A DNA stretch of 34,189 bases from positions 1 through 34,189 of the forward strand of contig JAEOTQ010000091.1 of the NCBI GenBank assembly GCA_016839785.1, read 5' to 3'. The notes below the pieces were generated by a model. It was given only the letters and a program-made list of their open reading frames with translations, had not been told where the DNA came from and searched no databases. This DNA is from Candidatus Hodarchaeota archaeon. Lineage in GTDB: Archaea; Asgardarchaeota; Heimdallarchaeia; Hodarchaeales; Hodarchaeaceae. This document shows positions 9,016 through 18,795 of this stretch, one piece after another (within the stretch, counting starts at the first letter, position 1; every line of letters begins with the position of its first letter). Made by a program: the position numbers and the translations under genes.

Positions 9016-9948
9016 ATGATAGAAAAAACAATCTCTAGGGAGTTCATAAAAAGATGGGGGAATTTCTATGGTAGAAATATAACTGGTAGGATTCTTAGAG
9101 AGTTAGGAAAATCGGATCCCCGCATTCTTGCCCCAAACACCCTCTATACTTCAAAACGTCAGCTTCAAGAAAACCTAGAAAACCAGGGATTTAGGTTTGC
9201 AACCGAATCCCCTTTTAATAGTCTAATTCTCGATTTTGAACCATATAACATTGTTGCTACAACTGAATATCTGTCAGGTTTATTTACAATTCAATCTTTG
9301 ACATCACTAATCCCTTCCAAGAGTTTAAACCCTTCTCATGGGTCTGTAGTAGCTGATTTGGCTGCCTCCCCTGGAATAAAAACGTGCTTGCTTGCAGAAT
9401 TAATGAAAAATACAGGTACCATCTATGCAATTGAGAAAGCAAAAAAACGTATTCCAGCCCTCAAAGCAAACCTTGCTAGGATGGGTATCTATAATACCGT
9501 CATTTTGAATGGAGATGCACGATCATTTCCTGATCTTAACATCGAAGTCGATCATATATTATTAGATGCCCCATGTACAGGAACAGGACTGAAGTTAAGA
9601 AAGAATAAGCGTTTGGAACGCAGAGTACTTAACGATGTCAATCGTCACGCGCAAACTCAACGCGAAATGTTAGAAGAAGCATGGAAGCAACTAAAAAATC
9701 ATGGAACTATTGTTTATTCAACTTGTAGCCTTGAACCTGAAGAAGGGGAGGTTCAAATTAATAATTTTCTTGCTAGACATGAAGGCCAGATCCAAGTCCT
9801 ACCCATAGGATTTAAAACTGGAATTCCAGGAAATATAACAAGATGGGACGAGACCTTGGATTCTCAGATTAGAAATACGAGAAGAATATTCCCTGATCAA
9901 GGAATGGATGGATTTTTCATTGCTCTGATGGAGAAGGTGAGAGCCTAA
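9016..9948 (+). CDS. nop2: Nop2/RsmF-type RNA m5C methyltransferase
   Basis: DLAASPGIKT, LLDAPCTG, YSTCSLEPEEGE, MDGFFIA. Confidence 0.92.
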   Translation: MIEKTISREFIKRWGNFYGRNITGRILRELGKSDPRILAPNTLYTSKRQLQENLENQGFRFATESPFNSLILDFEPYNIVATTEYLSGLFTIQSLTSLIPSKSLNPSHGSVVADLAASPGIKTCLLAELMKNTGTIYAIEKAKKRIPALKANLARMGIYNTVILNGDARSFPDLNIEVDHILLDAPCTGTGLKLRKNKRLERRVLNDVNRHAQTQREMLEEAWKQLKNHGTIVYSTCSLEPEEGEVQINNFLARHEGQIQVLPIGFKTGIPGNITRWDETLDSQIRNTRRIFPDQGMDGFFIALMEKVRA

Positions 9949-10493
9949 TGAAATATTCAAAGCTTATTGATGAGGAGATTATTACTGTAACAAACGTGAT
10001 CAATGAAATTTTAAAATCGGATGATTTCAGTCAAATGCTAAATACTCATTCTCTAATCAAAATCGTTGATAGGCGGGATGATATTTATTTAATAGAGGCT
10101 TCCGATAGTCTCCATCTAAGCAATCTTATGACAGGTAAGAGTAGGCAGAACTTCAAAATCTTAGCGTTTAAGACCAAACTTGGATTTTTTATTCGTCAGG
10201 AATTTAGAATTGGTATTGAATCACTTCGTTTCATTGCCAGTCTTTGTTCAAATCCTGTAATCCTCTCATCAAGACAGGAACAAAAATTTATTTATGGTAA
10301 AGACATAAGAATAAGATTAGATGAGGCAAAAAAGGTTCAAGAGAATTATTTAGACGGTTCATTGATACTAATATCTAATAACAAAGGAATGCCTATTGGA
10401 TATGCCAAAGTTTTTCCAAAAGAAGATTTTCTCCAATTGAAAAACATAGTTGATATTGGGATTTATCTTCGGTCGGAGAAAACAGCATTCTAA
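9948..10493 (+). CDS. nip7: Nip7-like PUA-domain ribosome biogenesis protein
   Basis: EQKFIYGKDI and C-terminal DIGIYLRSE; translationally coupled to nop2 (TAATG overlap). Confidence 0.85.
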   Translation: MKYSKLIDEEIITVTNVINEILKSDDFSQMLNTHSLIKIVDRRDDIYLIEASDSLHLSNLMTGKSRQNFKILAFKTKLGFFIRQEFRIGIESLRFIASLCSNPVILSSRQEQKFIYGKDIRIRLDEAKKVQENYLDGSLILISNNKGMPIGYAKVFPKEDFLQLKNIVDIGIYLRSEKTAF

Positions 10494-10496
10494 AGT

Positions 10497-10510
10497 AAAA
10501 AAGTTTATAT
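10497..10510 (+). promoter_or_regulatory. BRE/TATA promoter of the RNase P RNA gene
   Basis: AAAAAAG-TTTATAT ends 25 nt upstream of the P1 5' strand at 10535. Confidence 0.65.
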
Positions 10511-10534
10511 CTTATCCTGATAAAACTCGTCTTG

Positions 10535-10909
10535 TGAGCATCGAAGCAACAGCCTGACTTCGGGTTTCATAGTAAATCTGAGGAAATTCCAGCCATTCAT
10601 TAACGCCGAACAGAGGCTTCCCTTTAACGGGTGAAATCTCTGTCAATCGAGAGGTTGGGCTCTGTTACAGAAACGATACGCCCTTATTCTTATGGCGAGG
10701 ATAGAGTGAAGTCTGTGGTAACACATGATTATTTAAGCTCTTGAGGACGAATAAGGAATCGATGAGACGAACATCCTCGGTGAATGCAAGCAGAATTTTT
10801 GATCTTTTACGAGATCTAGGAGAGTTGCGCTTAGGTTGATGTCAGGAACCTTATTAAGGTGACTTAATTAGGAAAACAGAAGCTGGATTACTCATTGGAG
10901 CGATGCTCA
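10535..10909 (+). ncRNA. rnpB: Archaeal RNase P RNA
   Basis: P1 TGAGCATCG/CGATGCTCA, P2 CCTGAC/GTCAGG, CR-I GAGGAAATTCCAGC pairing with CR-V AACAGAAGCTGGATTA (P4), P5 CATTC/GAATG, P9 CAATC-GAGA-GGTTG, CR-II ACAGAAACG, P12 CCTTATTC/GAATAAGG, CR-III TGAGAC. Confidence 0.95.
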
Positions 10910-11005
10910 ATTTCTTCTCACATTTACTTAAAGGAATCTCAAAATACTTTAATGTAGAACTAGAAAGACGACTTGTTCGTTAGCTTCAGGGAGCTCTCAC
11001 AAACA

Positions 11006-12841
11006 ATGCGAATTGTGGTTCTTAATACCGATAAATGTAAACCAAAACGTTGTGTTAAAGAATGTCGGGGTTCATGCCCGGTCGTTCGTTCTGGAACGGA
11101 AATGTTTGAATTCCCAACTGATATATCGCAACCGATTATCCATGAACAATTCTGTACAGGTTGTGGCATTTGTGCGCGTACTTGCCGCTTTCAGGCACTT
11201 ACCATAATAAATACCCCAGAAAAATTGGATAAGGATCTGACACAACGATTTGGTAGGAATGGATTTAGTCTATTCCGCTTACCCATAATTAAACCCAACA
11301 AAGTGAATGGATTTGTTGGACAAAACGGAATAGGAAAATCTACAGCGTTAAAAATTCTCTCAGGGGATATAATTCCAAATTTCGGACAACATGAAAAAAA
11401 CCCGTCCTGGGAAAGTGTAAAAGAGTTTTACAAGGGTACAGAATTACAGAATTTCTTCCAGCGTATGATTGATAAAGAAATCAAATGCATAAGAAAACCG
11501 CAAACTATTGAAAACATTCCTAAACAAGTAAAGGGATCTGTAAAGGAAGTATTAAGTCGATTTGATGAAAGAAATGTGCTAGAAGATCTGAAAGAGGATT
11601 TAGCTTTAGAAAAAATATGGGATCGAGAGATTGCGGTATTGTCAGGAGGCGAACTCCAGAAGGTTGCTATAGCAGTGGCAATTACAAGGGAAGCAGATAT
11701 CTATCTATTTGATGAACCCTCCTCATTCTTGGATATCAATGAACGATTGCGTACGGGGAGAGTTATTCGTAGTTTAATTGATGACAAGAAAACTGTAATT
11801 GTTGTGGAACATGACCTTGCTGTTTTAGATTACCTATCTGATTATGTCACAATGTTTTATGGGAGTCCGTCTTCATATGGTATTTGCTCACTACCTTATT
11901 CTGAGAAAGAAGGAATTAACGTTTTCTTAGATGGATTTATTCCTTCAGAAAACATGAGATTTCGTAATTATTCAATTAAAATAAAAAAATCATCAGAACG
12001 AACTGCCCAACTTGACTCTGATCCTCTTTTATCATATGACGATCTCTCAAAAGAGTTTGATCGGAGTAAATTCTCTCTTGATGTTCGAGGGGGCACAATT
12101 CATCAGAATGAAATAATAGGCATCCTTGGACCGAATGGAATTGGGAAAACTACATTTATAAAGATGTTAGCAGGATTAGAAAAACCTTCTACAGGTATTG
12201 TGGTAAAACAAAAATTAGTGGGAAGCGAAATTACAAATCATAACGAAGATGGGGAGGAGTCTGTTTTACGAGTTGCTTATAAACCTCAATACATTTCCTT
12301 AGATTCTGATCTATCAGTAGAAACATACTTGTTGAAGAAAGGGGGTTCAATTGTTGCTACTCCACAGTTTAAAAGCGAAAATATCAAAGCATTTGGACTT
12401 GAAAGTCTCCTTGATCAGCAAGTTCGTTATTTAAGTGGGGGAGAAAAGCAAAAAGTGGCAATAGTTGAAACTTTAGCTCAGTCTGCTGATTTGTACCTAT
12501 TCGATGAGCCTTCAGCATTTCTCTCAATCGAGGATAGATTAAATGCTGCAAAATTAATAAGAAGGATGATTCAATCACATCATGCCGCCGCTTTCATTGT
12601 CGAACATGATATTGTTACTCAAGATTATGTTTCTGATAGAAATATAGTTTTTCTTGGTACTCCAGGAGAATATGGAAGAGCTTATGCTCCTTCTGCAGTT
12701 AGAACAGGGATGAATCGATTTTTGGGGAATTTAAAAGTTTCTTTTAGAAGAGATCCGAAAACAGGTCGTCCTAGAGTTAATAAATTTGATTCAAAACTCG
12801 ACCGAGAACAGAAAAGCCAGGGCGAGTACTATTATGAATAG
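11006..12841 (+). CDS. rli1: Ribosome recycling ATPase ABCE1/Rli1
   Basis: Fe-S domain CKPKRCVKECRGSCP...CTGCGICARTC; two NBDs (GQNGIGKS, GPNGIGKT, LSGGE twice); FRRDPKTGRPRVNK. ATG 11006 preferred to TTG 10973. Confidence 0.98.
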   Translation: MRIVVLNTDKCKPKRCVKECRGSCPVVRSGTEMFEFPTDISQPIIHEQFCTGCGICARTCRFQALTIINTPEKLDKDLTQRFGRNGFSLFRLPIIKPNKVNGFVGQNGIGKSTALKILSGDIIPNFGQHEKNPSWESVKEFYKGTELQNFFQRMIDKEIKCIRKPQTIENIPKQVKGSVKEVLSRFDERNVLEDLKEDLALEKIWDREIAVLSGGELQKVAIAVAITREADIYLFDEPSSFLDINERLRTGRVIRSLIDDKKTVIVVEHDLAVLDYLSDYVTMFYGSPSSYGICSLPYSEKEGINVFLDGFIPSENMRFRNYSIKIKKSSERTAQLDSDPLLSYDDLSKEFDRSKFSLDVRGGTIHQNEIIGILGPNGIGKTTFIKMLAGLEKPSTGIVVKQKLVGSEITNHNEDGEESVLRVAYKPQYISLDSDLSVETYLLKKGGSIVATPQFKSENIKAFGLESLLDQQVRYLSGGEKQKVAIVETLAQSADLYLFDEPSAFLSIEDRLNAAKLIRRMIQSHHAAAFIVEHDIVTQDYVSDRNIVFLGTPGEYGRAYAPSAVRTGMNRFLGNLKVSFRRDPKTGRPRVNKFDSKLDREQKSQGEYYYE

Positions 12842-13382
12842 TGAGATTACTACACGGAATTTTATCACACTCTTTCATGCGAATCAATGTGATCGGCGGA
12901 AATGTACAGGAACTAAAACATGGCAGCTCTATAAAACAAACAAACTCCCATTTATTGAACAATTTCGGTTTGTAAAGCGGATTACACAAATCCCCAGATT
13001 TTCAATCGTACTGAATCCTTTATCCGAAACTAAGTTGACAATTGCCGATCAGCAACTATATCACCGTTTTGGAATTACCGTTCTTGATTGCTCATGGAAT
13101 CAGGCAGAGGATATTTTTTCAAAGAGTTTTCCAAATTCACGATCACTTCCACGTTTAATCGCGGCAAATCCTGTAAATTATGGCAAACAGGCTAAATTAA
13201 GTAGTGTAGAAGCATTAGCAGCTTCACTGTATCTTCTTACTACACCTGATTTGGCAAATAAGGTACTTTCGTATTTTAAATGGGGAAATCAATTCATAAA
13301 ACTAAATCAAAATCTTCTTACTGATTATCTTTCCTGTATTAATTCTGATGAAGTCGCTCAAGTTGAAAAGGAGTATTTCTAA
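12834..13382 (+). CDS. tsr3: SSU rRNA aminocarboxypropyltransferase Tsr3
   Basis: QCDRRKCTG, VLDCSW, RSLPRLIAANPVNYGK...LSSVEALAA, FKWG..F..LN. ATG overlaps the ABCE1 stop. Confidence 0.95.
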   Translation: MNSEITTRNFITLFHANQCDRRKCTGTKTWQLYKTNKLPFIEQFRFVKRITQIPRFSIVLNPLSETKLTIADQQLYHRFGITVLDCSWNQAEDIFSKSFPNSRSLPRLIAANPVNYGKQAKLSSVEALAASLYLLTTPDLANKVLSYFKWGNQFIKLNQNLLTDYLSCINSDEVAQVEKEYF

Positions 13383-13391
13383 CTCATAGCC

Positions 13392-13436
13392 TAGTTGTTT
13401 CTAAGGATTGAAACATAATTCGCTTAGAAACAATTA
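13392..13436 (+). terminator. Stem-loop after tsr3
   Basis: TTGTTTCTAAG (13395-13405) and CTTAGAAACAA (13423-13433) pair perfectly; extends to 14 bp with one G-U. Confidence 0.45.
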
Positions 13437-13508
13437 TGTTCATCTCATAATAATAATCATTTAGCCTTAAATTCCCTAATTACAAGCTATTTCTTGAGTG
13501 TTCATTAT

Positions 13509-13976
13509 ATGACAGCAGATAAACCTGTAAAAATAACATTGCTTGGTGTTAAACAGTCTAAACCAGGAAATAAGTTCATTTTTGTGGGTGAAACAGAAGG
13601 ATGTTCCGACTGTCGACTCCGTGGAGCATGTTTAAAACTCGAGAAAGGTAGGGTATATGAGGTCCAGGATGTTAAAGAGACTATTCATGTCTGTAATGTA
13701 TTTGATGAGGGTGTGAAAACTGTTGAAATTGTTGATCCCTCATACCAAGTTAGTACAGGAGCTAAACTGGCAATAGAAGGAGCAACGATATCATTCACTC
13801 CAAGAGAATGTGATATCATAGAGTGTCCCAATCATTATTTTCATTGCCGTCCCTCTTTCTTACCTGAAGGAGAAAAATTACGCATTCTTGAAATTACTAA
13901 AGATACAATGGAATGTCCTCATGGATATCAATTAAAATTAATAACTGCCGACAGAATGGAAAACTCTAACTCGTAA
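13509..13976 (+). CDS. UPF0179 family protein
   Basis: KITLLG, CSDCRLRGAC.KLEKGRVYEV, HVCNVFDEGV, CDIIECP...C, CPHG. ATG 13509 (TTG 13494 in the track). Confidence 0.88.
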   Translation: MTADKPVKITLLGVKQSKPGNKFIFVGETEGCSDCRLRGACLKLEKGRVYEVQDVKETIHVCNVFDEGVKTVEIVDPSYQVSTGAKLAIEGATISFTPRECDIIECPNHYFHCRPSFLPEGEKLRILEITKDTMECPHGYQLKLITADRMENSNS

Positions 13977-13996
13977 AAAGCCCCAGAGGGAAATTC

Positions 13997-14752
13997 ATGC
14001 CTATATTAGAAAATGATTGGATTAAAATTAATTATACTGGCCGTCTAAAGGAAAATTCGAAAGTTTTTGATACAACTCTCGAAGCAGTTGCACGCAAAGA
14101 ACACATCTTTGATGAGAAAAGAGGATACAGTCCATTATTATGCCGAGCGGGTGATGAAAAATTCCTAATCCCTGGGTTAGCACGCCAATTAGTAGGAATG
14201 GATCTTGATAAGCCCCAAACATTTGAAATTCCAGTCAAAGACGCTTACGGGGATAGAGATGCAAGTAAAATTGAAATGGTGCCTACAAAGCGACTTAGAA
14301 AAGCAAATATTGATCCACGAGTTGGGAACCGCGTTCAATTGGCAGGTAGATCTGGAACTATCATTTTTGCAGGCGGAGGACGAACAAGGGTTGATTATAA
14401 TCATCCGTTAGCAGGAAAAAAGTTAGTTTTTGATGTCACGATAGTTGAACAACTTGCTGAAGTCGAAGATATTCAAAAAGAAATCATTTCTCGTCGTCTT
14501 ACTGGTGTAAATCTCGAGGAAGTAGCCATTGAAACTTCAGAAGACCCAAAATCCATTACCATCTCCCTTCCAAATTACTTAATATTTATGGAGGGATTGG
14601 CAATTGCTAAATATACCTTGGGAACGGATCTCCATGAATTTCTTGATTTTGAAGTTGTTAAATTCCAAGATGTTTTTGACTATCAGAAAAAAGAAGAACC
14701 TATTGAAGAAGATTCATCACTAGAAGAGGAAGCCTCTTCCGAAGAAGAGTAG
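13997..14752 (+). CDS. slyD: Long-type FKBP peptidyl-prolyl isomerase (SlyD-like)
   Basis: INYTGR, VFDTT, AYGDRD, GGRTRVDYNHPLAGKKLVF; acidic tail. Confidence 0.93.
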   Translation: MPILENDWIKINYTGRLKENSKVFDTTLEAVARKEHIFDEKRGYSPLLCRAGDEKFLIPGLARQLVGMDLDKPQTFEIPVKDAYGDRDASKIEMVPTKRLRKANIDPRVGNRVQLAGRSGTIIFAGGGRTRVDYNHPLAGKKLVFDVTIVEQLAEVEDIQKEIISRRLTGVNLEEVAIETSEDPKSITISLPNYLIFMEGLAIAKYTLGTDLHEFLDFEVVKFQDVFDYQKKEEPIEEDSSLEEEASSEEE

Positions 14753-14851
14753 GAACCTCAAAAATAAGAAATTAAGAACGAGAAAATAAGCAAATTTTCT
14801 CTCGTGAACAAATTAAAAAATTCGAAAGCTTAGAGGAGTAGAAAAACATCC

Positions 14852-15046
14852 TCACTTAGCTTTAATTTTCGGAACATATTTCTTGGTCCATTTAAACTTC
14901 CGTGGATCACGTTTGAAGTCCAATAAGGAACGTTGACATTTCCGACTACAAAATCGAACCAGTTGTCCGTTTTTACGAACAAAAGACATACCAGTTCCTG
15001 GTTCAACCTCATGGCCGCAATAAGTGCACTCGTATAATCTAACCAT
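14852..15046 (-). CDS. rpl24e: 50S ribosomal protein L24e
   Basis: CTYCG..VEPGTG..FVR..G....FCSRKC, RDPRKFKWT. Confidence 0.97.
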   Translation of the reverse strand: MVRLYECTYCGHEVEPGTGMSFVRKNGQLVRFCSRKCQRSLLDFKRDPRKFKWTKKYVPKIKAK

Positions 15047-15065
15047 TGTATCTACCTTCTTCTTT

Positions 15066-15281
15066 TTATGGACGTTTCAAGTTCCGGGCTTCTCTTTCTG
15101 TTTCTCTTAAGAGGAGCGTATCACCTTTTCTTACAGGTCCTTTTACATTGCGTACGATAATTCGGCCGCGATCACGACCATCTAAGACACGTACACGAAC
15201 TTGAGTGATTTCTCCTGTTACGCCTGTACGTCCAATAATCTGCAATACTTCAGCTGGAATACTGATATTATCCTCACTCAT
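15066..15281 (-). CDS. rps28e: 30S ribosomal protein S28e
   Basis: [34 protein letters not shown]. Confidence 0.98.
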   Translation of the reverse strand: MSEDNISIPAEVLQIIGRTGVTGEITQVRVRVLDGRDRGRIIVRNVKGPVRKGDTLLLRETEREARNLKRP

Positions 15282-15294
15282 TCAAGCAGGCCTC

Positions 15295-15672
15295 TTAAAT
15301 TCCAGCTAGCTCCTTAATTCGAGCTGCAAGATTATCGATTTTAGCTTTTGATTCGCCTTCATTGATAATTGAACAGCTGGCTGTTTTTACACCAAGATTA
15401 CTAGCATTTCCCAGAATCTCTTTACTAGTCACATATAGATATGGGATCTTTTTATCTTTACACAGGAGGGGAATGTGTGCTACAATTTCAGGTGGGTCTA
15501 CATCTAATGCTAGGAATACTAGCTTAGCATTTCCACGTTCGATACTTTTTGTCGTTTCATTCGTACCTTTTCGAATATTGGATGGATCAGCACTAACCGC
15601 CTCCAATACCGTCAAAGCATCATTTTCAAGCCCTTCAGGCTGTTCATAATTTACATAGAATGGTTTACTCAT
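15295..15672 (-). CDS. rpl7ae: 50S ribosomal protein L7Ae
   Basis: IRKGTNETTKSIERG.AKLV, DVDPPEIVAHIPLLC. Confidence 0.98.
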   Translation of the reverse strand: MSKPFYVNYEQPEGLENDALTVLEAVSADPSNIRKGTNETTKSIERGNAKLVFLALDVDPPEIVAHIPLLCKDKKIPYLYVTSKEILGNASNLGVKTASCSIINEGESKAKIDNLAARIKELAGI

Positions 15673-15874
15673 GTTTATTTCGACCTCCAGGGTCTAGGAC
15701 GTAAGAAATTCCACTTCATCTGAAAAAGATAGAGCAAAATATTTCTAATTTCGGTTTAAATTCAACCCAATCCTTGGTCGGGCAATTGAATCAGCCTAAA
15801 TTCAAAGATAAAAAGTTTTAGCTCAAGTTTTATTCCGAATTCATCTTTATCCTAATTTCTCTTGAGTTTTCTAT

Positions 15875-17011
15875 TCAATTTGGTCGAGAAGAATACTCTC
15901 TTGGATCAATTCCATAAGCTCTTAACAAATCAGCCGTTTTTCCAGAGATAATAAGAGGTACTGATTTTAAATCTTCAATGGTTTGGCATCCAGTTAAGAA
16001 ACAGGTCAGTTTTATTTGATAAGCTATTTCGTCAATATATTTCAGCGATTTTTCGATCGAATGATCCTGTATAGCAAAAAGGAATGGAATAGCCATTCCA
16101 GCGGCATCTGCTCCAAGCGCTAGAAGTTTTGCAACTTCCATTCCATTTCTAACACCCCCAGATCCAATTATATGCCCGTTAAACGATTCTTTTGCAAAAA
16201 TAGTACTGATTGCTGTAGGAAGTCCCCAATCCCAAAAGACTTCTCCTGCTTTCTTATATATTGGATCTTCTGCCCTAATAGATTCAACACCAGCCCACGA
16301 TGTACCCCCCGCACCTTGAATATCAATTCCTGAAAAACCTGATTTCTTCAATCGTGTAATATCAAATCGACTAAATCCTGAACCTACCTCTTTTGCAATA
16401 ATCGGAGTTGAGGATTCATTAATTAGCTGTGTAACCTTTTCAATCAATTCGTGAAGGTTTGTATCACCATCAGGTTGTATTGATTCTTGTAATGGATTAA
16501 AATGAAATGCAATTGCATCTGCGCTAATCATTGAAACGATATCTTTCAAATCCGTTGAATTCAATCCTTCTACTATCTGTCCTGCACCAATATTACCAAT
16601 TTTAAGCGTCTTAGGGGCATTTTTTTTCACAATTTCAAATGATTCTCGAGCTTGAGTATCTTCCAGGGCAGCTCGTTGACTTCCGACACCCATCCCTATT
16701 CGTGTTTTTTCTGCTACCTGGGAAAGAAAATCATTAAGTTGTTGTGCAAATGAATGGCCACCAGTCATACCTGAAATGATCAATGGAAATTGTAATTTTT
16801 TTCCAAAAATTTTTATTGATAGATCTATATCTTCCATATTGAGATCTGTAGTCGCATGATGTACAAAAGAAATATCTTCCAAACCTGTGGTTATATTACG
16901 ACTTTGAACATCATGTTCAAGACATATCTGTAGATGAGCGAGTTTGCGTTCAGAAGTCATGGTATTTTCTTTTTTCTCATCAATTTCCTGAGGTGAGTTC
17001 TTAGATTCCAT
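15875..17011 (-). CDS. fni: Type 2 FMN-dependent isopentenyl-diphosphate isomerase
   Basis: RKLAHL, SGMTGG, GVGSQRAA, HFNPLQE, KEVGSG, GAGGTSWAGVE, WDWGLPT. Alternative ATG at 16960. Confidence 0.97.
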   Translation of the reverse strand: MESKNSPQEIDEKKENTMTSERKLAHLQICLEHDVQSRNITTGLEDISFVHHATTDLNMEDIDLSIKIFGKKLQFPLIISGMTGGHSFAQQLNDFLSQVAEKTRIGMGVGSQRAALEDTQARESFEIVKKNAPKTLKIGNIGAGQIVEGLNSTDLKDIVSMISADAIAFHFNPLQESIQPDGDTNLHELIEKVTQLINESSTPIIAKEVGSGFSRFDITRLKKSGFSGIDIQGAGGTSWAGVESIRAEDPIYKKAGEVFWDWGLPTAISTIFAKESFNGHIIGSGGVRNGMEVAKLLALGADAAGMAIPFLFAIQDHSIEKSLKYIDEIAYQIKLTCFLTGCQTIEDLKSVPLIISGKTADLLRAYGIDPREYSSRPN

Positions 17012-17053
17012 TCCTGGTACACTTCTTAATGGTATTTTTGGCTATTAAAATAA

Positions 17054-17632
17054 TTATTCGGATTCTAGGACACTATTCCATCGTGTATATTTATCATTGG
17101 GTATATTGAAACAATCCAATATCTTACCCGAAATAAAATCGAATAAATCCTGAATCGTTTTTGGCTGGTGATAAAATCCAGGACTAAGAGGAAAGATTAT
17201 TGCACCATATAAAGAAAGTTGATTTAGATTATGGAGACATCCTGGACTTAAGGGAGTTTCTCGGATTCCGATAATTAATGGTTTTCTCATCTTTAACATT
17301 ATATCTGCTGCTCGAGATATTAGGTTTCCAGTATTTGCTGTTGCAATATTGCTAACAGTTTTGACCGTGGCTGGAATTACAACCATACCATCAACAATCG
17401 TAGAGCTACTTGAAATTGCTGCACTCATATCATTCTCTTTATAAAGATGGTCAGGCAACTGTTGAAAATCGTCTAATGTGCTAAATGACTCATTCTCTAT
17501 TAGATGTTTCGCCCATTTACTAATAATGACATGAGTCTCAACATCATGAGAGGATAGAGCTTTTATTACTTCAATTCCATAATCTATTCCAGAAGCTCCG
17601 GTTAAAGCAACAATAATTTTTTTAGGCTTCAA
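17054..17632 (-). CDS. ubiX: Flavin prenyltransferase UbiX
   Basis: ALTGASG, NLISRAADIMLK, RETPL, PGFYHQP; TTG start with GGAG upstream. Confidence 0.93.
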   Translation of the reverse strand: MKPKKIIVALTGASGIDYGIEVIKALSSHDVETHVIISKWAKHLIENESFSTLDDFQQLPDHLYKENDMSAAISSSSTIVDGMVVIPATVKTVSNIATANTGNLISRAADIMLKMRKPLIIGIRETPLSPGCLHNLNQLSLYGAIIFPLSPGFYHQPKTIQDLFDFISGKILDCFNIPNDKYTRWNSVLESE

Positions 17633-17781
17633 TAAATCAATCTCCAGTATAGACCTAACACTTGAAATTCTTTGGTTTAATAAAATGCTACTACGGAAAT
17701 AACTTCATTATGATTAAATCAATTTTATTGAGATTAATTAAATAATATTTGTTCTACATACTCTTTATGGTTATGATGTTA

Positions 17782-18774
17782 ATGAAAGCAACTGCAATTG
17801 CAAATTCCAATATTGCACTAGTAAAGTATTGGGGAAAAAGAAATTCCGATTTAATGTTGCCTCACAATTCGAGTGTCTCAATGACATTAGATAATCTTAA
17901 TACAATGACAACAGTGGAGTTTAGTGAGAATTTTTCCGAATATGAGTTGAAAATTAATGGGAAAACTGCAAAGGGTGAAGAATTAAAAAGAGTAGCAACG
18001 CACCTAGACCTCTTGCAGGATTCATCCCCTCAGAAAAGATTTGCAAAGATTATGAGCGAAAGTAATTTTCCTAAAAAAGCTGGATTAGCTAGTTCGGCCT
18101 CTGGATTCGCAGCTTTGACTTTAGCAGGGACAAAAGCTTTGGGCCAAAATCTTACATTGAAAGAATTAAGCATTTTATCAAGAAGAGGAAGTGGGAGTGC
18201 GTCTAGAAGTATTCTTGGAGGATTTGTTGAATGGATTAAAGGTTCTCTATTAGATGGCTCTGATAGTCATGCTATCCAAATTGAAGAAGAAGGACACTGG
18301 CCAGAGCTTTCGATGATTGTTACTATTATATCAACTGAGGAAAAAAAGGTCTCCTCTCGTGCTGGGATGAGTCAAACAGTGAAGACTTCCCCTTTTTATG
18401 ATGCATGGTTGGACACAATTGAGTCTGATGTTGAAAAAATGAAACAAGCAATTACAAAAAAGAATTTCACTTTATTAGGAAAAATTGCTGAAAATAATGC
18501 GCTTAAAATGCATGCAACCATGCATACAACAATTCCACCCATACTATATTGGGAATCAGGGTCATTATCCATTATGAAAGAAGTATTAAAGCTCCGAGAG
18601 GAGGGAACTGAATGCTACTTCACTATGGATGCAGGACCACAGGTAAAAATTTTATGTCAACAAAAGGACTTAGAAACAATAAAATCAAGGGTTACTGAAT
18701 TAGATTTAGTTAAAGATATTATAATTTGCCATCCAGGTGGCGAGGCAAGATTAATTGAAGACCATTTATTTTGA
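17782..18774 (+). CDS. mvaD: Diphosphomevalonate decarboxylase
   Basis: ANSNIALVKYWGK, GLASSASGFAAL, RRGSGSASRS, KKVSSRAGM, FTMDAGPQV. ATG 17782 matches the family N-terminus. Confidence 0.93.
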   Translation: MKATAIANSNIALVKYWGKRNSDLMLPHNSSVSMTLDNLNTMTTVEFSENFSEYELKINGKTAKGEELKRVATHLDLLQDSSPQKRFAKIMSESNFPKKAGLASSASGFAALTLAGTKALGQNLTLKELSILSRRGSGSASRSILGGFVEWIKGSLLDGSDSHAIQIEEEGHWPELSMIVTIISTEEKKVSSRAGMSQTVKTSPFYDAWLDTIESDVEKMKQAITKKNFTLLGKIAENNALKMHATMHTTIPPILYWESGSLSIMKEVLKLREEGTECYFTMDAGPQVKILCQQKDLETIKSRVTELDLVKDIIICHPGGEARLIEDHLF

Positions 18775-18795
18775 AATTCTGATGGAAGTCAAATC

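Noticed and set aside
15673-15800. Autoregulatory K-turn in the rpl7ae leader
   Set aside because: GATGA and a hairpin are present, but I could not build a K-turn with both stems; needs a covariance search.
17782-18774. Haloarchaeal-type phosphomevalonate decarboxylase instead of MVD
   Set aside because: Retains the SSR Arg linked to diphosphate binding and sits 21 nt before a PMK; only an assay would exclude it fully.
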